Shown here in pieces: positions 54,211-62,901 of a stretch of DNA of 64,000 bases; the stretch's first letter is position 1; every line of letters starts with the position of its first letter. The position numbers were made by a program, and so were the translations under genes. Under the pieces are notes generated by a model, which saw nothing but the letters and a program-made list of their open reading frames with translations, did not search any database and was not told where the DNA came from. The stretch is from Candidatus Parcubacteria bacterium. GTDB lineage: Bacteria; Patescibacteriota; Saccharimonadia; Saccharimonadales; 2-12-FULL-41-12. The DNA lies in the NCBI GenBank assembly GCA_019347895.1, contig JAHWKM010000003.1, positions 771 through 64,770 of the forward strand. The letters run 5' to 3'.

Positions 54211-54732
54211 CTAGGGGTTGACTTTGTAAACCAGTCTGACCCGTCCCAAGCTAAGTTGCTTCACACTGAGCAGCGCCATACCGAACTCAAAATTATCAAA
54301 AGCTAAAAATGGTCTACCTTTACCAATAATATAGGGTGTTACCGTAAGTTGAACTTGATTGACGAGCTTTCGTTTCGCAAAAGATGAATTGAGTATTCCA
54401 CCACCAATAAGGAACAGTGTTTTAACGCCAACCTTTTCCAAAAACTCAATGGCTTCTTCTGGACTATGCACGAGAGTGTAGCCTTTTGGTGTTTGAGAAT
54501 CATTGTTGCGAGTGACAATGAGCTTGTGGTCTACCTGCACATTATCAAAGTTCTCGTTCTCATATTTTTCAGTGACTTGTTCGTATGTTTCACGACCCAT
54601 AACGATATTGTTGTGCTCTTTTGCTTCCGCAACAAAGTCGTCCCAGCCGTCACTTGGCAACCAGTCTTCATCACCATTCTCACGAGCAATAAAGCCGTTT
54701 GGCGAAATAACCATATCCAAAATTACTTTCAT
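54211..54732 (-). CDS. dihydrofolate reductase-like protein (RibD C-terminal domain family)
   Basis: MKVILDMVISPNGFIA...NIVMGRETYE...LFLIGGGILNSSF pattern. Start at 54732 preferred over 54795. Confidence 0.7.
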   Translation of the reverse strand: MKVILDMVISPNGFIARENGDEDWLPSDGWDDFVAEAKEHNNIVMGRETYEQVTEKYENENFDNVQVDHKLIVTRNNDSQTPKGYTLVHSPEEAIEFLEKVGVKTLFLIGGGILNSSFAKRKLVNQVQLTVTPYIIGKGRPFLAFDNFEFGMALLSVKQLSLGRVRLVYKVNP

Positions 54733-54809
54733 GTGTGTATCATAACAAAAAGAGCCATTGCTGACTCTTAGTTCAGACTTTCCCGCTAGGGTCATCTGTA
54801 AGGTCGAAT

Positions 54810-54976
54810 TGGAGGGTCCGGTGGGACTCGGCCTACCTCCGGCAGGCCCGGAAGTTCACTATTGCAAGCACAGCTTGCATCGGAACGTTCCCTTACGACA
54901 TGCCACTGGCATGTCTCACCCCGACACCCTTTTGGCGTGTCGCAGATTCGAGAACCACAAAACATTAATCCTCCAT
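54810..54976 (-). ncRNA. class-1 tRNA-satellite element (Lys-UUU type), ends in CCA
   Basis: Minus strand reads ATGGAGGATTAATGTTTTGTGGTTCTCGAATCTGCGACACGCC-AAAA-GGGTGTCGGGGT|GAGACATGCCAGTGGCATGTCGTAAGGGAACG...TGCAAGC-TGT-GCTTGCA...CGGGCCTGCCGGAGGTAGGC|CGAGTCCCACCGGACCCTCCA. Confidence 0.5.
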
Positions 54977-55011
54977 AGCTCCGCAAAAAGCGGAGCGACG
55001 GAGAATGGAGG
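54970..55011 (-). terminator. palindromic terminator hairpin after tRNA-Lys(UUU)
   Basis: Minus strand reads CCTCCAT-TCTCCGTC-GCTCCGC-TTTTT-GCGGAGC-T-ATGGAGG. Confidence 0.5.
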
Positions 55012-55082
55012 GTCCGGTGGGACTCGAACCCACGACACCCTGCTTAAAAGGCAGGTGCTCTAACCGGCTGAGCTACGGACCC
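55006..55082 (-). tRNA. tRNA-Lys (anticodon TTT), CCA encoded
   Basis: Reverse complement GGGTCCGTAGCTCAGCCGGTTAGAGCACCTGCCTTTTAAGCAGGGTGTCGTGGGTTCGAGTCCCACCGGACCCTCCA. Confidence 0.9.
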
Positions 55083-55089
55083 TTGTTTA

Positions 55090-55321
55090 ATATTGTAAAT
55101 GATCACGGGTAAATCCACGACCCAAAGATAATTTTCTGGTGAAAATTTCTTTCGGCATGCCTCGCTCCGTCGCGCTCCGGCCTTGCGAACTGCCATCAGG
55201 CAGTTCTCACCCTGCTTAAAAGGCAGGTGCTCCCATGTCATCCGACATGGCCGTATCGTATGATACGGTAACCGGCTGACCTGTCCGCCGAAGCCTTGGC
55301 GTAGGCGGGAGCTACGGACCC
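55090..55321 (-). ncRNA. hairpin-decorated tRNA-Lys(UUU)-like RNA: three perfect hairpins inserted in the D-arm plus a class-2 module after the anticodon arm
   Basis: Minus strand reads GGGTCCGTAGCT[CCCGCCTACGCCAAGGCTTCGGCGGACAGGT]CAGCCGGTTA[CCGTATCATACGATACGGCCATGTCGGATGACATGG]GAGCACCTGCCTTTTAAGCAGGGT|GAGAACTGCCTGATGGCAGTTCGCAAGGCCGGAGCGCGACGGAGCGAGGCATGCCGAAAGAAATTTTCACCAGAAAATTATCTTTGGG|TCGTGGATTTACCCGTGATC. The non-inserted 47 nt are identical to the 5' 47 nt of the adjacent tRNA-Lys. Confidence 0.5.
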
Positions 55322-55500
55322 GCGTCGGAACTTACGGCAAAGTCTCGTTTTGCCTTTCGGCAAAAGCTTCGACCTACGCCTATGTTCCTCCTTTCAAAAT
55401 CACAAACAGTCGCTTCACTCCTTGGTTTGTGATTTTGTAGCAAAAACCTTGTGGTTTTTGCAGGATTGCTTCTTTTCACTGAAAATCAGAGAAATTAACT
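55322..55500 (-). ncRNA. hairpin-rich leader upstream of the decorated tRNA-Lys-like RNA
   Basis: Minus-strand hairpins: GCAAAAACC-ACAA-GGTTTTTGC (55440-55461), a 13-bp stem CAAAATCACAAAC/GTTTGTGATTTTG (55395-55437) and TTTTGCC-GAAA-GGCAAAA (~55347-55365). It also has GACTTTGCCGTAAGT and GGCGTAGGTCGAAGC, related to class-1 motifs. Confidence 0.35.
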
Positions 55501-55506
55501 TCTTAA

Positions 55507-55534
55507 ATTATCGTTATTTTAGCTAAAAAGTCAA
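55507..55534 (-). promoter_or_regulatory. putative promoter (TTGACT-16-GATAAT) for the Lys satellite/tRNA transcription unit
   Basis: Minus strand reads TTGACTttttagctaaaataacGATAAT. Confidence 0.4.
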
Positions 55535-55610
55535 TCGCGCTTAATATAAGATTTGCAAGATATAAGCAAAAGCTTTACTCTATTTACAGAGTAAGACAAA
55601 AGGATAGTTC

Positions 55611-56096
55611 ATGTTTAAAAAATTGTTTAGTATTTTCAAAAGTAAAAAAAATAAGGAAAATTCAGGCGAGCCAGCCTCTGTAAAACCCGCTGCTACAGGC
55701 GCGGCAGTAGGTGCTGCTCAGCCTGGGGTAAATCCGGCTGAACCCTCAACTCCTGCACAAGGCATCACGCCGGAGGATATATCCGATTCCAGCCCCAGCC
55801 AGACAAACGCCTATTCTGCGCCTGCGCAATCCGCGGCCCCGCCGGCACAAGAACAACCGGCGCCGTCAGCCACAGTTGCACAAGCTCCAAGTTCCCCGAC
55901 AGCTGATGATTTTAGCCAGCAGCCGTCCCCTCCTCCGCCAGCCGGCCCCGACACAGAAGAGCCTTTCAACGAATCGCCCGCTCCCACTCCCGCGCCTGGA
56001 GAAAGTGTTAGTCCGGACACCACTCAACAGACAGAGCAGCCGTCAGCTGAGAACGAACAACCCAAGCCGGAAGACAATACCCCGAACTTCGGCTAG
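55611..56096 (+). CDS. Pro/Ala/Ser/Gln-rich low-complexity protein
   Basis: 161-aa ORF with basic N-terminus MFKKLFSIFKSKKNKE, then a P/A/S/Q-rich tract. Coding status uncertain. Confidence 0.4.
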   Translation: MFKKLFSIFKSKKNKENSGEPASVKPAATGAAVGAAQPGVNPAEPSTPAQGITPEDISDSSPSQTNAYSAPAQSAAPPAQEQPAPSATVAQAPSSPTADDFSQQPSPPPPAGPDTEEPFNESPAPTPAPGESVSPDTTQQTEQPSAENEQPKPEDNTPNFG

Positions 56097-56097
56097 A

Positions 56098-56574
56098 TTA
56101 TTTGTGTTTGCTCCCGTGTTTAGCCGGATGTTTTAAGCGTGGCAACCAGGCGCTTAGAAGTATCAAAGCGCCGGATAATGAGACAATGTAGCTCTGATTA
56201 GCAGTCAAAATTATCTGCTGGCTGGCGTCAAGCCGGCTTACCACGTCAAAATAGGGGTTAATGAATATGCCCAGCGTAACCAGGCACAACAGCAGCGGCA
56301 AAACGTTGAGCAGCGTTCCAGATTTTGCTACGGAACCTTTTAAGAAAATTATTGTTAAAACTGCCGGCAGAACCAACAGTATTATTTGAAGTAATGTAGG
56401 GTTCAGTCCGGGCACAATGCCGGCGATAAAATCATAAACTTCCAGGGACAGTTCCTCGGCAAATAACTTGCCGGTCAATATACTCAAAAATAAAATGGCC
56501 GCCGGCACCCGCAGGTAAGCTATGGCAATCCATAGCACTAAAATAATAATACCAAGCATGTGCGTTTCGTTCAT
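56098..56574 (-). CDS. hypothetical integral membrane protein
   Basis: 158 aa with 4-5 TM helices. Confidence 0.5.
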   Translation of the reverse strand: MNETHMLGIIILVLWIAIAYLRVPAAILFLSILTGKLFAEELSLEVYDFIAGIVPGLNPTLLQIILLVLPAVLTIIFLKGSVAKSGTLLNVLPLLLCLVTLGIFINPYFDVVSRLDASQQIILTANQSYIVSLSGALILLSAWLPRLKHPAKHGSKHK

Positions 56575-56631
56575 CGCCTTAGAGCCCTCTTTGACCTATT
56601 AAACTTTTGATAAGCTCTAGCGGTATTCATC

Positions 56632-57060
56632 CTAGAATTTTAACCTTGTTCCGGTTTTTAATCCATATTCTTCGGCAAAACCCCCGTCAAATTCCAAAAC
56701 GTATTTTGTGTCTTCGGCGCAAAAAGACTTAGGGTACGAGTCCGGCGAGACGGCTTTTTCGATTTTTATTATCTGTTTTGCCTGGTTGGTCCATATTATA
56801 TCAATGTCAAAGCGCATATCCTTCATCCAAAAACATTGTTCGGCCGGGGCTTCAAAAACAAACAGCATACCTGTATTATCCGGCAAACCCTCTCTATCGG
56901 ACAGTCCTTTTACTCTAGCTTGGTTGGTTTCTACGCGCTCCAGCGCCAGACAGCTGTTTTTGATTTCCAGCCCTTCGCAGGAAACATTTGCAGGGGATTG
57001 CGATGTGTTATCCGACGGCTTCTTGTCCGGTTGGTTAGCTAAAAATAATATAGCAGCCAA
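56632..57060 (-). CDS. DUF192-like protein (N-terminus unresolved)
   Basis: GLSDREGLPDNTGMLFVF...FWMKDMRFDIDIIW pattern. In-frame upstream sequence encodes a signal anchor, but the ATG at 57161 is out of frame by one A in an A7 run. Confidence 0.6.
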   Translation of the reverse strand: MAAILFLANQPDKKPSDNTSQSPANVSCEGLEIKNSCLALERVETNQARVKGLSDREGLPDNTGMLFVFEAPAEQCFWMKDMRFDIDIIWTNQAKQIIKIEKAVSPDSYPKSFCAEDTKYVLEFDGGFAEEYGLKTGTRLKF

Positions 57061-57193
57061 AAATAAGCCTAAAATAATGCCTGAAGCTAAAGTAAGCTCG
57101 GGAAATATAAGCTTGGCCAGTTTTTTATCAGATAGTTTCGAGTTTTTCTTTTTTTAGCCATGTATTAATTTTACCGCTTATATTTTTTGCAAG

Positions 57194-58489
57194 CTATTTT
57201 TTTGATTCTACAATTTTGGCGTTGCGCTGCGGCTGTTTGATTTGGATATTGACAGTTTTTTCAACCCGTCGTACATCGGCCAGCAATTTAGAGCGATCTG
57301 AATTGAATAAAACCATATAAAATATCGGGTCGTCGCCGTTGCTTGCAAAATCGCACAGGTCGCCAACTTGTTTAATGGGGTTGAGCCGGGAAAATGACTC
57401 TAGGCGCTGAATTTTCTTGATGCCTTCCAGTTTTTCCAGGCGGCCTTTTTTAGGCGGATAAAACTTCAGTATCATGGTAAATCCCTTGGATTTTTTGGTA
57501 AGAATGGGTTTTTTAGGTATACGGATTAAAATATCATTGAGGTTGTGGTCTATGCCGTAAGACTTTTCGTACACTTCATCGCGGAATCCGCCCACCCGGG
57601 GGCCGACTTCAATAACTTTCCAGCCGTCTTCGCTCCTAATCAATTCTATGTGGCAGGTCGTACTGCGTAAATTCAGTGCCTCTATAGCTTTTTCAGCAGT
57701 CCTGTGAGCCTTTTCTATACGATGAGGCAGTAATTTCACCGGCGTTAACTGGGCATAGCCAAAAAAATCGTCAAAGCCAACCGAACGGCCTGTCCGCACG
57801 TGCACCATAGGCGCGTGGTAAACCACGCCGCGCTGGTTTACATAAGTGTCAATAGAATACATGGATCCTTCCATGAACCCTTCGACCAATATTTGCGGCT
57901 CGCCTCTTCCGCCTTCGCGTTTATAAATTTTGTTTATTTTTTTAACGGTATTTTTTAAATTAGCTTCTAATTCTTCCTGGTGAAAACACAGCGTTACCAG
58001 CAAGCTTCTGGCCAACCCGGCAGGTTTAATGATCAAGGGAAAGCCAATTTGCTTTTCTATCTGCTGCATCGTCTCCTTCGTGTCATCGTGAACCACCATA
58101 AACTTCGGCGAAATCGATTTGTCGAAATTACGCAGCAGCTGGCGCTGGCGTATTTTATTGGTTGTCCATTCTAAGGATACGGCTGTCGGGGTGTGGATGT
58201 ATGGGATGTGAGGAATAATTTTTTTGAACAATACGACGTTCCTGTCTTTGTGGGCGGTAGCTGCCAAAAACCGGTGCTTGTAAGGTTTTAATACATTTTC
58301 CATAGCCAGCGAAGAAGAAAAGTCACAGTCTAAAACTACCGCCCGGCTGTCGGCAGCTACCTTCTTTTGATCCGGCGGCAGCGTAGTGTCAACTAAAACG
58401 CAAGCTGACATGTCTTTTCCCAAAAGCTTGCTTAGCTTGCGCATTGACTCGCTCTGGGCTGAGGTATAGGTACCTATGAAAAGAATCAT
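57194..58489 (-). CDS. ATP-grasp domain protein
   Basis: GFPLIIKPAGLARS...ILVEGFMEGSMYSIDTYV...CHIELIRSEDGWKVIEVGPRVGG. Start at MILFIGT; the longer ORF runs to 58522. Confidence 0.6.
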   Translation of the reverse strand: MILFIGTYTSAQSESMRKLSKLLGKDMSACVLVDTTLPPDQKKVAADSRAVVLDCDFSSSLAMENVLKPYKHRFLAATAHKDRNVVLFKKIIPHIPYIHTPTAVSLEWTTNKIRQRQLLRNFDKSISPKFMVVHDDTKETMQQIEKQIGFPLIIKPAGLARSLLVTLCFHQEELEANLKNTVKKINKIYKREGGRGEPQILVEGFMEGSMYSIDTYVNQRGVVYHAPMVHVRTGRSVGFDDFFGYAQLTPVKLLPHRIEKAHRTAEKAIEALNLRSTTCHIELIRSEDGWKVIEVGPRVGGFRDEVYEKSYGIDHNLNDILIRIPKKPILTKKSKGFTMILKFYPPKKGRLEKLEGIKKIQRLESFSRLNPIKQVGDLCDFASNGDDPIFYMVLFNSDRSKLLADVRRVEKTVNIQIKQPQRNAKIVESKK

Positions 58490-58673
58490 GTTTCTTTCTT
58501 GTGCTGCTTCAAATGTCGGCATTAAAAGGCTCCATAAAATTCTATAATGGTTTTATAATCTTTATTAAAGGTAGTGGCAAATCTTAACATGACACTTTTA
58601 AAAAATCAATACTGCTTTACTTTGGACGGTCGCCAACCTTTAGAATAATACTCTGCGCTTAAATTATCTACTG

Positions 58674-58790
58674 CTACGGCTGCTGGGAAGCAACGCGCTG
58701 GAAGGCAAAAAATATAACGGCCACTATAATAAAAAGCAAAAAGAGAAGCATCGGGATAAAACCCTGGTCATTACGGTAAAGCTTTTTCAT
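58674..58790 (-). CDS. small single-TM protein (38 aa)
   Basis: MKKLYRNDQGFIPMLLFLLFIIVAVIFFAFQRVASQQP*. Confidence 0.3.
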   Translation of the reverse strand: MKKLYRNDQGFIPMLLFLLFIIVAVIFFAFQRVASQQP

Positions 58791-58829
58791 TATTCTAATT
58801 GTAATCCAGGAATTAACAAATATAAAGGT

Positions 58830-59954
58830 CTATAGCCCGAAAATCCCCTTTTTAGGGGTCTGCTTAAAGTCCTCTAAGACCTTGGTTTGTTCCTTCGACA
58901 GTTTAGTCGGCGTATCTACTATAACTGTCACAATATGAGCGCCGCGCTGAGAGCTTTTAAGATTGGGGACACCGTGGCCGGATAGTCTGAAATCCGTACC
59001 GCTTTGGGTGCCGGCCGGAATCTTCATTCTTACCGGCCCGTCTACAGTCTCTACGTCTATTTCGGTACCGAGAGCGGCATCCACCATGCTTATATGTTCT
59101 TCGCTCAAGATCAACTCGCCTTCGCGCGTAAAGCGCTTATGCGGCTTAACCCTGATGTTAATGTATAGGTCGCCTTTGGCGCCATTGGCTATGGCTTCGC
59201 CGTGCTCCCGAAGGCGTATAGTCGCTCCGTCGTCTATGCCGGGCGGTACTTTTAATTTGACGGTTTGGCTTTGCTTTTGAGTACCTGAACCTCTACATAC
59301 CGTGCATGTTTTTTTCGGAATACGGCCCGAACCCCTGCAGGTTTCGCAGACCGCAGCTTGCCGTATATTGCCGAAAACAGTCCGTATAGCTTTTATTACT
59401 TGGCCTGAACCTTTGCAGGTTTCGCAAGTTTTTAGCTCATAACCGGGTTCCGCCGTGGATCCTTTGCAATGCGGGCAAGTATCCGTCAAGTTCATTTTGA
59501 GCTCGCGCTCCACACCAAAAACCGCTTCTTCGAAATCAAGCTCTATTAAGGTTTCAACGTCGTTGCCGCGAGCTTTGCTGGATCCGCGCTGGCTGGGCCC
59601 TCCGCCGCCGAAAAAACTGCTGAAGATATCGCCCAACCCCAAGTCTTCAAAATCAAAATGCACCTCCTGCCGGCCGCCGCCAAAGCCGCTGAAGCCTTCA
59701 AACGGACTGCCTCCGCCACCTGGCGTGGCGCCAACTCCGGCATGGCCGAACTGATCGTAGCGCTGGCGTTTTGAAGGATCTTTGAGCACCTCGTAGGCTT
59801 CGTTAATTTCCTTGAATTTAGTTTCGTCGCCGCCCTCTTTATCGGGGTGATGTCTGACCGCTTCCCGCCGGAATGCCTTTTTGATCTCATCGGCGCTGGC
59901 GTCCTTGCCAATTCCCAATACTTCGTAATAGTCCCGTTTATTCATAGTACTCAT
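58830..59954 (-). CDS. dnaJ: chaperone DnaJ
   Basis: J domain with HPDK, G/F region, four CxxCxGxG zinc motifs. Confidence 0.95.
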   Translation of the reverse strand: MSTMNKRDYYEVLGIGKDASADEIKKAFRREAVRHHPDKEGGDETKFKEINEAYEVLKDPSKRQRYDQFGHAGVGATPGGGGSPFEGFSGFGGGRQEVHFDFEDLGLGDIFSSFFGGGGPSQRGSSKARGNDVETLIELDFEEAVFGVERELKMNLTDTCPHCKGSTAEPGYELKTCETCKGSGQVIKAIRTVFGNIRQAAVCETCRGSGRIPKKTCTVCRGSGTQKQSQTVKLKVPPGIDDGATIRLREHGEAIANGAKGDLYINIRVKPHKRFTREGELILSEEHISMVDAALGTEIDVETVDGPVRMKIPAGTQSGTDFRLSGHGVPNLKSSQRGAHIVTVIVDTPTKLSKEQTKVLEDFKQTPKKGIFGL

Positions 59955-59960
59955 ACTATT

Positions 59961-60281
59961 CTAACCTTTAACTAAACTCTTTTTCAGCCATTTTTCGGCC
60001 TTTTTAGAAATTTTAGTGACCGGGGTGGCGGTTAAGACTGGTGTGTCGTAACTGTGAACTCGAGCAACTTCTTTTTCAATTTCATCAAACAAATCTTCCC
60101 GGCTTTCCATCACAAGCATCACCTCATCTTCATTTTCCACTTCATTCTTCCATATAAATTGCGACTTTGTCGCAAATTCTCTGACGCACGCTACCAACTT
60201 CTTCCCCAGCAATACCTTTGAAATTTTATCTGCCTCCGTGCTGTCGGCACAGGTTAGCAACAGCTGGCACAGATTCGGCAT
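59961..60281 (-). CDS. cutA: CutA1 divalent-cation tolerance protein
   Basis: 106 aa with the LVACV...IWKNEVE...EDEVMLVMES...HSYDTPVL CutA pattern. Inserted between dnaK and dnaJ. Confidence 0.7.
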   Translation of the reverse strand: MPNLCQLLLTCADSTEADKISKVLLGKKLVACVREFATKSQFIWKNEVENEDEVMLVMESREDLFDEIEKEVARVHSYDTPVLTATPVTKISKKAEKWLKKSLVKG

Positions 60282-62233
60282 TATTTTTCTTTCTTGTCAG
60301 CCTGTCCGCCCTCTGGCGGATCGACTACTTCGCCTTCTACCGGTTCTTCTTTTTTGCCTTTTTTGGCTTTTTTGTCTTCCTTCGTATCCTCCTTCGCTGA
60401 AGCTTCGGAAGGATTCTCGTCCGCTTTGGCGGACTCGTACATTTTGGCGCCTATTGGCATAGTTTTTTCAGACAGTTCTTTGCCAGCGGCTTCCAGCGCG
60501 TCTTTGTCGGCTTTCTCATCGCTCTGGACCTTTTTAGCCGCGTCTATTGCTTCGTTCAGAGTCTTTACATCAGCATCTGCCAGCTTATCCTTGTGCTCGG
60601 TCTTCATTTTTTCCGCCTGATAAATGGTGTTTTCTAAGGTGTTTCGAGCTTCTACTGCGGCCCGCTTTTGTTTATCTTCCTCGGCGTGGGCTTCGGCTTC
60701 CTTGGCGGCTTTTTCGACTTCTTCCTTATCCAGGTTTCCGCTGTTTTGGATGGTAATGCTCTGCTCTTTGCCGGAGCCTTTGTCCTTGGCCGTGACATTC
60801 AATATACCGTTGGCATCAAGGTTGAAGGTAACTTCAATTTGCGGAACGCCGCGCGGCGCCGATGGTATACCGTCAAGAACAAAGCGCCCGAGCGACTTGT
60901 TGTCAGCCACCATTTCCCGCTCGCCCTGCACTACATGGATTTCCACCTGCGGCTGGTTGTCGGCCGCGGTCGAGAATGTCTCGCTTTTGCTAGTAGGAAT
61001 GGTTGTATTTCGCTCAATCAGCTTGGTTGCCACACCGCCTAAGGTTTCAATTCCCAGAGATAGCGGAGTCACATCCAGCAATAGTACGTCTTTGACGTCG
61101 CCTTGCAATACACCGCCTTGGATGGCAGCACCGACAGCCACAACTTCATCGGGATTGACGCCTTGCTTTGGATCTTTGCCGAATATACCTTTTACTTTCT
61201 CTATAACAGCCGGCATGCGAGTCATGCCGCCAACCAAAATAACTTCGCTGATGTCGCTAGCTTTTAGTTTGGCATCTTTTAGTGCCTTCTCAGAAGGGCC
61301 GGCGGTCTTGTCTATTAGGTCAGACACTAGATCAATTAGCTTGGAGCGAGTTAATTTGTACTCAAAGTGCTTCGGACCTTCAGCATCGGCGGTTAAAAAC
61401 GGAAGGTTAATATCGGCTACTTCGGTGGTGGACAGTTCTTTTTTAGCCTTTTCAGCTTCTTCCTTCAGCCGCTGCATAGCCGCCTTGTCTTCTTTAATGC
61501 TAATACCGGTTTCCTTTTTGAATTCATCTACAAAATGATTGACCAGCCGCATGTCGAAGTCTTCGCCGCCCAAGTGTGTGTCGCCGTTGGTAGCCAGCAC
61601 CTCAAACACCCCGTCGCCAAGCTGCAAGATAGATACGTCGAAGGTCCCGCCGCCGAGGTCAAAGACTACTATTTTTTCCTCCTTGCCCTTGTCCAGGCCG
61701 TAAGCTAGGGCGGCTGCCGTCGGTTCGTTGATAATTCTTTTTACTTCCAGGCCGGCGATCTTGCCGGCGTCTTTGGTGGCCTGGCGCTGGGAATCGTCGA
61801 AATAGGCCGGAACGGTGATGACGGCTTCAGTTACCGGTTCGCCTAAATAAGCCTCGGCGTCGGTTTTAAGCTTGCCTAAAATCATTGCGCTGACTTCTTC
61901 AGGGCTGTAGTCCTTGTCAGCCATGGTCACCTTGACATGCGAGTTGGATTTTTTAATTTTGTAAGGCATCAGCTCAATGTCTTTTTGGACTTCCTTGTCA
62001 GAAATTTTGCGGCCAATCAGCCTCTTGACTCCAAAAATAGTATTGGTCGGGTTGGTAACCCTTTGACGGTTGGCTACTTGGCCGACAAGCCGCTCACCGT
62101 TTTTGTTGATGGCTACTACAGACGGGGTTGTCCGGTTGCCTTCGGAATTAGCAATAATTTCCGGCTTGCCGGATTGCATAACGGCCATTGCCGAGTTAGT
62201 AGTTCCTAAATCAATCCCAATTATTTTCCCCAT
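60281..62233 (-). CDS. dnaK: chaperone DnaK (Hsp70)
   Basis: [27 protein letters not shown]. Canonical Hsp70. Confidence 0.97.
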   Translation of the reverse strand: MGKIIGIDLGTTNSAMAVMQSGKPEIIANSEGNRTTPSVVAINKNGERLVGQVANRQRVTNPTNTIFGVKRLIGRKISDKEVQKDIELMPYKIKKSNSHVKVTMADKDYSPEEVSAMILGKLKTDAEAYLGEPVTEAVITVPAYFDDSQRQATKDAGKIAGLEVKRIINEPTAAALAYGLDKGKEEKIVVFDLGGGTFDVSILQLGDGVFEVLATNGDTHLGGEDFDMRLVNHFVDEFKKETGISIKEDKAAMQRLKEEAEKAKKELSTTEVADINLPFLTADAEGPKHFEYKLTRSKLIDLVSDLIDKTAGPSEKALKDAKLKASDISEVILVGGMTRMPAVIEKVKGIFGKDPKQGVNPDEVVAVGAAIQGGVLQGDVKDVLLLDVTPLSLGIETLGGVATKLIERNTTIPTSKSETFSTAADNQPQVEIHVVQGEREMVADNKSLGRFVLDGIPSAPRGVPQIEVTFNLDANGILNVTAKDKGSGKEQSITIQNSGNLDKEEVEKAAKEAEAHAEEDKQKRAAVEARNTLENTIYQAEKMKTEHKDKLADADVKTLNEAIDAAKKVQSDEKADKDALEAAGKELSEKTMPIGAKMYESAKADENPSEASAKEDTKEDKKAKKGKKEEPVEGEVVDPPEGGQADKKEK

Positions 62234-62307
62234 ATGAATGCTCCCTTTGAAAGAACAGTAGCAAGCAGCCTGCGACTCGCTCTGCTCGTTAAATCTTTAA
62301 ATTTTAT

Positions 62308-62334
62308 TGGCAGTCTTGATTGCATAGTGCCAGT
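62308..62334 (-). promoter_or_regulatory. degenerate second CIRCE-like inverted repeat
   Basis: TTGGCAGTC-N9-TAGTGCCAG. Confidence 0.35.
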
Positions 62335-62342
62335 ATAAAAAA

Positions 62343-62369
62343 CTAGCACTCAGGTGTCAAGAGTGCCAA
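62343..62369 (-). promoter_or_regulatory. CIRCE operator (HrcA site) upstream of dnaK
   Basis: CTAGCACTC-aggtgtcaa-GAGTGCCAA versus consensus TTAGCACTC-N9-GAGTGCTAA. Confidence 0.75.
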
Positions 62370-62412
62370 TTCATTTTATTGACAGGATTTTTGGGATTTT
62401 TAAATTCTTTCG

Positions 62413-62901
62413 TTATTGCTTCTGGGTTTTGACTTTGACTATGGCGTGGCGCAAAACTTCGTCGTTTAGCGTGTAGCCGGGCTGGAGTTCTTCGCTGACT
62501 ATTTCTTCGCTGGACAGTGAATTACCCTCGCCTTCCATGCTAACCGCTTCGTGCAGTTTCGGATCAAATGGTTCGCCGACGGCTTTTATTTTGGCTACGT
62601 CCATGTCTTGCAAGGTTTTTTCAAATTGTTTTACTACTCCTTGGACACCTTTGACGTAATTATGGTGCTTGAGATCTTTAGGTGTGTGACTAAGTGCCCG
62701 CTCCAGATTGTCAATAGCCGGCAAAATATCTTGTACCACTTGGGCTTTAACAATATTTTTTAGACTGGCTATCTGCTCGTCATACCGACGGCGAATGTTA
62801 ATTACGTCGGCGCGTTCACGCTTTAAGGCATCGGTTAATTCCGCAATTTGCTGTATTAGCTGTTCACTGTCAACTGTTTTGTGTTTACCTTTTTTAGGCA
62901 T
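62413..62901 (-). CDS. grpE: nucleotide exchange factor GrpE
   Basis: Coiled-coil N-terminus, FDPKLHEAV, GYTLNDEVLRHAIVKV. Confidence 0.9.
   Translation of the reverse strand: MPKKGKHKTVDSEQLIQQIAELTDALKRERADVINIRRRYDEQIASLKNIVKAQVVQDILPAIDNLERALSHTPKDLKHHNYVKGVQGVVKQFEKTLQDMDVAKIKAVGEPFDPKLHEAVSMEGEGNSLSSEEIVSEELQPGYTLNDEVLRHAIVKVKTQKQ

Noticed and set aside
1202-55321. Satellite elements as a CRISPR array
   Set aside because: There is no regular repeat-spacer periodicity. The copies are dispersed, lie on both strands and have isoacceptor-specific flanks. No cas genes are present in the window.
55611-56136. Alternative ORFs 55811..56023(-) and 55876..56136(+) overlapping the P/A-rich ORF
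   Set aside because: They are compositional artefacts of a GC- and Pro/Ala-rich tract. Only the longest frame, which has a plausible basic N-terminus, was kept, and that only at low confidence.
60294-61538. Long antisense ORFs inside dnaK (for example 60624..61538+). The same pattern occurs inside rny (30374..31223+), the Clp-like gene (19374..20696+), pdxS, recA, pilB and glyA
   Set aside because: These are shadow ORFs opposite strongly supported conserved genes. Their Ser/Ala/Leu-rich translations are typical of antisense frames.
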